From Schizochytrium sp. TIO01 (taxonomy: Eukaryota; Protista; Bigyra: Labyrinthulomycetes), in NCBI GenBank assembly GCA_004764695.1, contig SMSO01000014.1:3405648-3469647 (forward strand): a DNA stretch of 64,000 nucleotides, written 5' to 3'. Positions 52,501 through 61,408 of this stretch are shown here, piece after piece; the first letter of the stretch is position 1; every line of letters starts with the position of its first letter. The notes below the pieces were generated by a model. It was not told the origin of the DNA. It made no database searches and saw nothing but the letters and a program-made list of their open reading frames with translations. The position numbers were made by a program, and so were the translations under genes.

Positions 52501-55088
52501 ATCACGTCGAGAACGCTCTTACAGCTACTGAGGAGGGCTTGAAAGGATCTGAGCAAGCAAAAGCTTCGTCAAGTCACCTTCAGGAGACTCACAGCAATGC
52601 GAATAGCCGTTCCCAAACACAAGAGGATGTCGTTACGAATGAACTTATTGTGGAAGATGAAGGATGGAAAACCGATGCTAAATTTGCGTCATTTACAGCT
52701 GACCTTGCTCAGTATTTTCAAGGATCTGGAGCATCCTTGTCTTCCCAGGGCAATAAGGAGCGACAACAATCTGGGCCGTCTTCATCAGCTTCTACCCACA
52801 ATGAGGATTTGAAGTCAGCTTCACTTAGAGATGTTGTTTCTCAACAAGTTTTTGCATCTCTTCCGGCTCGCCGATCTTTACATTCAAATAACTTCACTCT
52901 TGATGAGCAATCGAACTTACAAACTAAAGATAATACGGATGAAATCACCGCAGCAACACCGCTCACAAAGAATCTTGCAAGAGTTATGCAAACTCCATCA
53001 ATTGATGCGAAGTTTGATGCCCTCGATGCACGCCTGCGATCTGCAGCACGCGCTGCGCAGTCGGATAATACCCAAGGCAAGGTGACACCAGGCCCAGCTT
53101 ACCACCTTTCTGCTGCAAGCACGCCTTCAAGTGAAGGCACCCCCCCTTCACCTGAGCGGATATTTTCTGACGCTGCATCGCTTGGAGCAACTGGGGCCTC
53201 TGCAGCTGCAACACCTTTAAGCAAAAGTTTGGCGAAAGCTCTTCAAACCCCTTCTATTGATGCTAAGTTTGATGCCCTTAATGCACGCCTTCGTTCGGCT
53301 GCAAAAGTAGCCTTATCCTCTCAGGATGGCGATGGAAATGTCGAACAAGACGCTAGCGAGTTGATATTTGAGCACCATCATCACTTTGTAGATAGTATTT
53401 CAGAAGAGGATGTGCTTTCTCAGCAAGCTGCTGTTGATGATGATGCTCATGAATCACATATTCAACAAAGTGACGCCATATATGATCACACCCTCGCTGG
53501 CGAGGAAGACAATGGACTGAGGATGAAAAATAGAAAAGAAAATATCAGGTTGAAGACTTTTCAGGACAACGGCGAAGATATAAGCAACCATTCTAATTCG
53601 TCTTCAGAAGCTGCAATGTTGTTATCAATAGATGTGCATTCCCCTGGACACCAAACCAATGAAGGGCAGGACAGCAGTAATAGTCACTCAAGCAGTATTG
53701 ATTCACTCGATAAGGTCCAGCGTGCCCTGCAACTTGCGCGCGAGGAACTTCGAGCAACATCGCGTGAATCACCCGGTGATATGATCTTTGGGAGTCTCTT
53801 GGATCAATCGTCTGACCAAAACTTTAAGCTAGGAGTTTTCACTTCACCTGGTGCCCATGAATCTCCAGCCAAAAAACTTGATGGAAGTGACCAAGTCATT
53901 ACTTTTCAGAGTAACATCTTTGGTTCTTCTGTCAGTGACGAGCTAAGCGACAACGGCCGCCACTACCTTGATCAAAGCGCTAATACTTCGCCTTCAGTTT
54001 TGCGAGGTATAGATGAGGATATGTCAATTCAGGCGAATGAAAGCGCAGAAGACATACTTAATCAACAGCATGGTACAACTAATCAGCCTCAACCTGAAAA
54101 TCATGGAGGATCTGTATATGGTTCAACTACGCAACATTCTACAAAAAACGCAGGACAAGAAGAAGATATGGAGGATGATACTTTGGATATATGGCTTCAA
54201 GCTGCTACGCAAAAGGACAAACCACCTAGCCCTGAAGCTTTTCGTGTAGATTGGCCGATTGAGGATGAACATCCAACTTCCCACAATTCTCAGGTCAAGG
54301 TATCATCTGTCGATGAAGAGTCTGATCCACATTCCACCACAAGACTGCATGTTCAACTCGATGAGGTGCATGCAGATTCTAGACATTCTTCTACTCAAGA
54401 AGCTACACGTAACGATCCTTCGAATGCACTAGTTGTTGGCACAGCTGGAAGTTCACCAGATGATAGTGGAACTCCGTCGCCTCAGGCATTCACAGTTGAC
54501 TGGGCAAACAGTGACAATGACGAGCGACTTGTACGCCTGCCTCGAAGCCCCAAAAGGTCTCAGCTCATGCGTGAACACCGGGAGAAGGTTGGACCCCCGC
54601 CTCTGGTACTCCAAGGTGAGCACCAGAGTCATTCAGGATCAGTTGCCTTCGAAGTAGATTTTATTGAACGACCTGGCGAGAGCCAAGCAGAAGCTCGATC
54701 GAGAGCTTTTCAGGAAAGATCTGCAAGACGTGCAGCAGAAGCACAAGAGCGGGCTCACGAGCGTGAAGCGGCCCGCTTATATGGCTCTGGAGGTACAGCT
54801 AAATCCCATCGCCGTCGTACGTCAAGTCAGTCACAAAGCTCAGTAGGTGCGCGTGAACGACTTGGGTCTCAAGATAGTGGGGCGGGACCTGCAAGGGCAA
54901 GTTTTGGTCAAAAGGTGCCTGTAGACCCGCGCGAGCAGCGAGAAAGGACCGAACGTCTATTCCGCAAACTCCCAGAGGTGCAGCAGAAGAAACAAGAAGC
55001 AGCCGAGCGCCGCCAGGCTGAAGAAAGGCGGCGCCGTGTCAAACAAATGGAGGAGGAGCGTCGTAAGTCTCTCTTTCGCCAGCGCTGA
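49558..55088 (+). CDS. CEP295: CEP295/KIAA1731 (Ana1)-like centriolar protein with ALMS motif; proposed join(49558..49597,50026..55088), 1700 aa
   Basis: The frame of the 1629-aa ORF stays open upstream of ATG 50199 back to a TGCAG acceptor at 50025. The extension and N-terminus read LSSGEIERLRRDDFEKRKVLRLIQVREQEK...AWEADRQQQIDALTSTYKQSLGQIGIAHRHA. From memory this matches the human CEP295 DDC8-like N-terminus (LSPNEE..LKEDYERRRKLRLLQVREQER...WEESQ.QKI..L...Y..SL...G.GHR.A). The C-terminus REQRERTERLFRKLPEVQQKKQE..ERR is an ALMS motif (54921-55085). The middle is long, S/D/E-rich and low complexity. Exon 1 starts gcggcgATGG (MGGSGRVDFKSKL) and joins in phase 1 (G|AT=Asp); 40+5063 nt = 1701 codons. 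In-frame ATGs at 49504 and 49516 are alternative starts. Confidence 0.85.
49598..50025 (+). other. Predicted GT-AG spliceosomal intron (428 nt) in the CEP295-like gene
   Basis: Donor CTGG|GTACGT at 49598 and acceptor GTGCAG|AT at 50025. Removing it puts an ATG in frame with the conserved N-terminal domain, which otherwise has no upstream Met. Confidence 0.7.
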
Positions 55089-57340
55089 GCATATGTTCGC
55101 AGTAAACGAATAGATAAAGAGAGGAGCAAATATCAATGAATCGTAATTTTGATAGAGTTTCTCCAATGTCGATTTGGCAACTAATCTAAAGATAATATAG
55201 ACACCCTTTTCCACTCCATGAATGCAAAATTTTGAATGAGTCCCTGTCATTCGAGGTATTTTTTTAAGTTGATTTTTTACCAAAATTGAAAGATTCAGAC
55301 GATCAGTCTCTCAACAATGAGAGTGGGTTTGTTTTTCCTAGATGTGTACTTATGTGTAGTGTAGTTTGTTGAACTTGACCTCCTTTTATCTCGCGTATGG
55401 ATGATGTCAACCAGTTTTTGTAACTATTCTTACTACTAGTCCTTTCATATGGATTGAAAACTCGAGTTGAATCATGTGAATGAGTACCTTGCTACACCTG
55501 CGGTGCATACAAAAGTATAGATGCTGCTGGGAAAGTGCTGATTGAGATATTTAGTACTTGTATCTTGTATTCAGTGATCACTTGCAGGATTAACCTGGAA
55601 TCATAAAATTTGTCCCTCTTCATAATTATTGCTTTCTTTTAATCTTTGCTTTGAAATAGAATGAAAGGGGTCTAAACCAGGCAGTAGCAGTCCTAATTTA
55701 AGAATTATTTCTTGGAGCCTCTGAATTTTCATTTCAATTGTGCATTGGCGTTTTATTTATGTAATATGAACTCGGGCGTGGATCCTGGTACGTTGCTGCA
55801 CCCTGAGTCTGGTGCCAAGAGTTCTCTAAAGCCCCCCTTTTACCCCAGACTAACATATTTACTAATGGAAGGATTATACATACAGGGGTATATACGGAGA
55901 GTTATTGGACCCGTATTCGACGAGGAAATGTCAATTTTCAACAAATTGACTCGGAAGGTTTTCTGTGCAAAATACCACGAAAGGCGGCATAAACTGACCT
56001 TATAAAGAAATTTGAGCCAGCATTAGCGAAGATACAGCTTACCACATGGAAGTGGATGCACTATTCTGAAGAGCTAGTCAGCCAAAATAGTCTTTCTGGT
56101 AAATGAGGTGAGTTTGGTCTCAAATGGACTAATACTATCAGGTCCTCGCCTCAATTTGTCCTACTGCAGTAAGTAAGTTCCTACCCTGTGCGACAGGTTT
56201 TAAATGTAAAGCTCTTGCGGTACTCATGCGTGTGGCCCAAATTGATGAGGCTTGGTCAGCGATGCTGCTAGCCTACTTGCTATGTTCGGGACCGTGAAAG
56301 CGCCCGAAATAAAACCAAACTTCTTCAACCTAGTACTACCCAGAATACCGAAGCACCCTCTACCCAGGCCTACTACCTACCACTCGTCACTTCATCATTG
56401 TCGCTCCTTCTCTTCACTTCACATCACTTCGCTTCACTCCTATGGCCCTCACGTAGCTGCGGTAGTGCACCCGGTAGTAGTAGTGGCCGATTAGCGCCAC
56501 CACCAGAAGAAAGGCATCTTTGACGCTTCTGGGAGTACACCATCAGCTGGACATCAAAGGGGTGCGCGAGGTTCTTGAAATAGCTCGAAGCCGTCTAGTT
56601 TAGGCATCAAGCAATCGATGATGTGATCGAGCAATGATTGCAAGGGCGAGCCTGCGAAGACCTAGGTCCCGTCCCGAGGTCAACTCTGGAGTAGATAGTG
56701 GCACCTGGACACCTCTTCATTGAACTTGGAAACTCTGGAGAGAGAACTTTTTTCGGAGACAATTAGATCAAGAACATAAAATGGATAGGTTGTACTATCG
56801 ATTGCAGTAGTGGTAATCTTAGGCCGTAGGAGTAACATCACGACAAAGAGGAATAGTAGGTACTACAAAAAGTAAACCAGAATCTACTTTGACTATTGCC
56901 TCTTAACACCTGCGCGCGTTGGCTGCTAGCAATAGTCAGCTTGGGCGAAGGCGGGCCGGGAAGGCTTGCTAGTGCAGAGGAGCAATATCGATCTTCTAGA
57001 CTCTCTCGAAAGTCTAGCCGGCCCTTAGGCGAGTGATCGATTCGAGTGATTCAATTCACTCGCTCATCAAGCCTTCGTTCTCACTCAGGTGTACGCCTTC
57101 ACCTGCGCGAGTGAAGCCACCCGGAGAGGAAGTTTGTCCTCTTGCGGCCTCTTGTTCGTACCCAAAGAGCAGGCAAAACCACGAATCCTCATCTTCGTCT
57201 TCAGATTTGAATAAATAAGGGAGCGTTGGATTGACCGACTTCTCTTGAGTCGGTACCCGATTTGGGATATCAAAAAAGAGAGACAAACTAAATTCGAAAT
57301 CGTTATTGGCAACTATCGGAGACTGAATTGAAGAGACAAG

Positions 57341-57423
57341 ATGTCAATCTATCAAGGTATGAACGCCACTGCTTCGTTCATTTCCGGCATTAGTACGATG
57401 ATTCACCGGGATTCATCTTCACA

Positions 57424-57461
<38 letters not shown>

Positions 57462-58606
57462 TCGTTTCACCAAAGGAAAAATTAATCAAGGTGGATGTGG
57501 AAGACCCGGAGAGCGGGAGTGGGAGCGATGAAAGTGGCTCTTCGCCCACGCACAGGTTTGGTCGAAAAACCAGCAATCTTGATCTCGAGGACGATGTCTC
57601 AAAGTCATTCCTGCAACCAGCAGTGATGTCTAGTTCAGCTGGTAAAAGGTATCCAATCACTTCTTGCCTAATGTACGCAGTGACGTCCATCGCCATGGTG
57701 CTCTTCAACAAGATAATTCTCACCAGTTTCAATTTCAAGTACGAGATGGTCCTTCTCTTTGCTCAAAATCTCATATGCATGGTTCTTCTTCGTATTGCAA
57801 GGACCATGGGCCTCTGCTCGTTCGAGGACTTTGATATGCGCAAGGCAGTTCACTGGCTGCCCCTGAATGTGTTTTTTGTGTTTATGCTTCTCACTGGCTT
57901 TTACAGTCTACAAATGCTCAGTGTGCCGATGGTGACTATTTTTAAGAACAGCGCGAATGTCCTAGTCACTACGGGTGATTACCTCTTTTATGGCCAGACC
58001 GTAACACCCGGTGTTGTTGCTTGTCTTGCGCTCATTGTGGCTGCTGCATCCTTTGCGGCTGCTAACGATATCACTCTCGACACCATGGGCATCTTTTGGG
58101 CCGTCTGCAACTGTGTTGTGTCCGCAGCTTACGTTTTATACATGCCTCAAGCTATGGAGCGCACGGAGCTCAGTAGTTTTGGCAAAGTCTACTACAATAG
58201 CGCACTTTCGCTCCCTTTAGTAATTTTGCTTGATCTCGTGGCCTTTCGCCATTTCAGTGGCTTTTTTTCATCAAGTGATATCTTTGGCCCATACCTCACC
58301 ATGCCCTTTTTGGTCACTTTGGTAGTTAGCGGTATATTGGGCTTTGGAATCAGCTTTGCATCGTTCAACTGTGTTCGCCAGACATCTCCGACCACATATG
58401 CAATGGTTGGCTCCATGAACAAAATTCCCCTCTCCGTCCTTGGCGTAGTCATCTTCAACACACCTATCACCGCAAAATCTGGCATTTTTATCACCATTTC
58501 ACTCTTCGCAGGAATTCTGTATGCTTACACTAAAGCTAAGCAAACCAAACCAAAATCTCCTGCTGCTTCCGGGACGTCGGATTCTTTGTTGGCTCGAAAA
58601 TCATAA
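57341..58606 (+). CDS. Golgi GDP-mannose/GDP-sugar transporter (VRG4/GONST family nucleotide-sugar transporter), 421 aa
   Basis: Intronless ORF with about 10 hydrophobic segments. Family motifs: SIAMVLFNK, LLFAQN, WLPLNVFF, LSVPMVTIFKN, YYN, and SPTTYAMVGSMNKIP (a variant of the GxLNK GDP-sugar signature, 58409-58423). There is a ~105-aa hydrophilic N-terminal extension containing Q13. Confidence 0.93.
57422..57460 (+). repeat. Coding (CAG)n repeat encoding 13 Gln
   Basis: CAG CAA (CAG)10 CAA, in frame in the transporter. Confidence 0.95.
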
Positions 58607-59591
58607 ATTTCCCTGCAAGGAATAATTTGTTCACCTTTTGCTTGATTTGGAGACAGCTGCTGTCAAATGTTGTAATCAGCTTAGGAGCTTATCTCTCATG
58701 AACACCTTTCATTGGTTTAAATAGCTATTCTATTAGCTCTCGAGAAATTATCCAAAGATTGGAAAGCTATTCAAGTGGCTCTTGTTATATTTTGCTAGGA
58801 TGTTGCTTTAGATAGGATCCTGTTTGTCTCTTTGATTCATGTTGATTTAGATCCATGTGGCGAATCACTGCAGCTCAGGGAACGCTGTCCTGTTATAAAT
58901 TCTCGCGTTTGTGTATGTGTTATGCATGCAGTTGCATTTGTTGGCTTTGCGCTGCCCATGTGTAGTGCAAAGTTCCGCCCAGGAACATATCTGCACTAGT
59001 ATTTCTCTTTCTTCTTTTACCCTACTTACTTTTTTCTTTGTAAACTCAAAAAGAAAAAAATCTTCTTTTAATCAAATCTAAGCCTGTCTCCTGCATGTTT
59101 GCGTTTCCCACTCAACTGTGACATAGTTCGAAGTGAAGTTGTCTCGGAAGTGCTCACTGCTGGTTGACGAACTCTCTGGCAGCAGCACTAACTATCTAGC
59201 CGCAATATAACCAAGTTGAAAAAGTCTGAACACGACTGACTTGACCAGTTGCGTCAAGCCTCACGAACTTCTTCTTCTCGATCCTTTTGAGCGAGAATCC
59301 ACTAGATCACCAGTTTTCCATATTCAGTGCCTGGTTGCAATAATCAATGAATCTACAGTGCAGCCCAACAGGACAGGAGAGTAGGAGAGTACCATGTGCT
59401 GTTGTAAAAGCTGTGACCGTTCCAGACCAACATATCAAATTTCCAGTTGTCGCAGATGCTCTCAAATTCTCTTGTACCTTCGCATCCTCGACAATTTACC
59501 AGGGATTGGCATTTGAAGCCTTCACAGTGAGACTCTATGCCTTTCACAGACGATTGGTACTAGTAAAAACATCATAATCAACAAACTAAAA

Positions 59592-59629
59592 CAACAGCAA
59601 CAGCAGAAGCAGCAGCAGCAGCAGCAGCA
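59592..59629. repeat. Intergenic (CAG/CAA)n repeat
   Basis: Directly visible. Confidence 0.85.
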
Positions 59630-60369
59630 ACAAACAACGCCAAACAAATTTTCAATTATTTTGTAGAAAAAAAAAAAGAAAAAACATTGCTTGTCTTGAA
59701 GAAAGAAAATTTTATTCTTGCCTTCAGAGTCTTTTCGTACGCATAGATTAACCCGCTTTTTAAGATTAATCTTGAGAACCCTGCGCTAACCGAGCTTTGG
59801 TCATTTGGGCCAGCCGCTTCTCTAAGCCGTAGCGCAGGACCTACCTGCCATCCTATTCTACTACTTACTAGAGTGCTACATACCGGCAAGGAGAGTTGGA
59901 CGGCGAACCCCTGCCTACCCTAGTCTTATTAGCTGACCGACCCTAGTTAAACCTAACCGAGCGCAAAGATATAGAGAGAGAAGGCGAAAGAAGGAGACAG
60001 AAGGAGGCCCAGTATTACTCCTACTACTACCTCTAACACTACTATACATGGATATATGGCATTTAGGTACCTTGTTGAGCCTGAAGCGGGTCGGCAATCA
60101 TTGGACTCTTTGTTGGTTTTCTGCTGGTGCTGGAATAACACGTACCTAGCTATCAATTTCGAAGCAGTTTAGAGCAACCTGTTGGCCTCGAGGCGAGTGT
60201 AGGGGCGGTGCACGACAGGCTTTAGAGCTGTTGATATAAACTGGGAGGAAGGTTACTGCTAGTAGTAGGCTAGCAATAACTCACTATATTGAGAGCGAGT
60301 TTGTTATCTGTATTTGAAGTTATTATGATATTCAACTTGAAGGACCCAACAAGTTAAAAAGAAAATTGA

Positions 60370-61408
60370 TCATTCAACAATTCAATTTTGAAGCATCGCT
60401 GAGCGAGCAGCATCGGCGGCACTCTCGACAGCAGAGGGAGAGTGGCGCGGGAGCAGCGGGAGATCATCCGAGGAAGAAAGAGAGGCGTGGCGGAGCCGGA
60501 CTCTCCCCCCGCGTAGATAGGCGGCTCGGGCGGCGGCTGCAGCTCGGTCGGTCATCCAGAAAGAAAAGAAAGAAGGAAAAGGAAAGAAACAAAAAGAAGG
60601 AAAAAGGAGAAGAGAAGAAAAGAAAAGAAAGAACTTGAACAGTGAAAAGCACGAAACGTTGGCGCAGATCGCGAGCTGGTAAAGCTCGCCTGAGACCAGA
60701 TCGCCCGGGGTGCTAGGACTAGTCTTGAAACCGAAGTGGGCTCGCTTGGGTTACCTGAGCACGGCTCAGTCGATTGCTACATTCTGCGTCTCACTATTAC
60801 CTGTTGTATCTATCTTATTCTTTTTCTTCTTCTGCTGTTGCCGCTGTTGTTGCTGCTGTTTGCTAGAAGTGGTCTTCAATATATCTCTGTGGCAAACGCC
60901 ACCCTTGACGATTTGCTCAACAAAGCAAACGCAACAGCGTGCCCCTCGAACTTGCGGGGTGCAAAGAAACGTAGTTGCTTGCCTGCTTCTTACTCACTTA
61001 TCTGCTTGGTCAGGTTCGAGAGTGCTGACATAAGTGGATTATATCACAAAAGTAAAGGTAAACGATCCTGCGCTAGAAAGGGCCGTGGGGTTCTTTGACG
61101 GCTGTACTGGGATTCAAAAAACCAACTTCAACGTGCTCAACGCTGTGGACAGAAAATCCTGTATAGCTTTAGCCAGAGAACTTTCAAAACCGTCGTCACC
61201 AGATTATAGTGGACGTGAGTTGAAGTCGTGGTCCCTCTCGGCGTTGGGGCGAAACGCCGATACACGTGTCACAAGATAGGAGCGCTCCCAAAACAAGCAC
61301 GAGGAGCAAAAATCAAGGGGCCGTGCAAACGACGACGGGATACGAGGCCTTGACGTAGGCGTTTACTTGGTGAAATCTGCACATCAGAAACTTTCGGTGA
61401 CGGATAAA
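60370..61408 (+). promoter_or_regulatory. Putative initiator and long ATG-free 5' leader of CUL3
   Basis: TCATTCAACAATTC (60370-60383) resembles the oomycete Inr/FPR core promoter. It is followed by a GC-rich island and a purine tract (60558-60633). There is no + strand ATG between 60328 and 61408. Confidence 0.5.
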
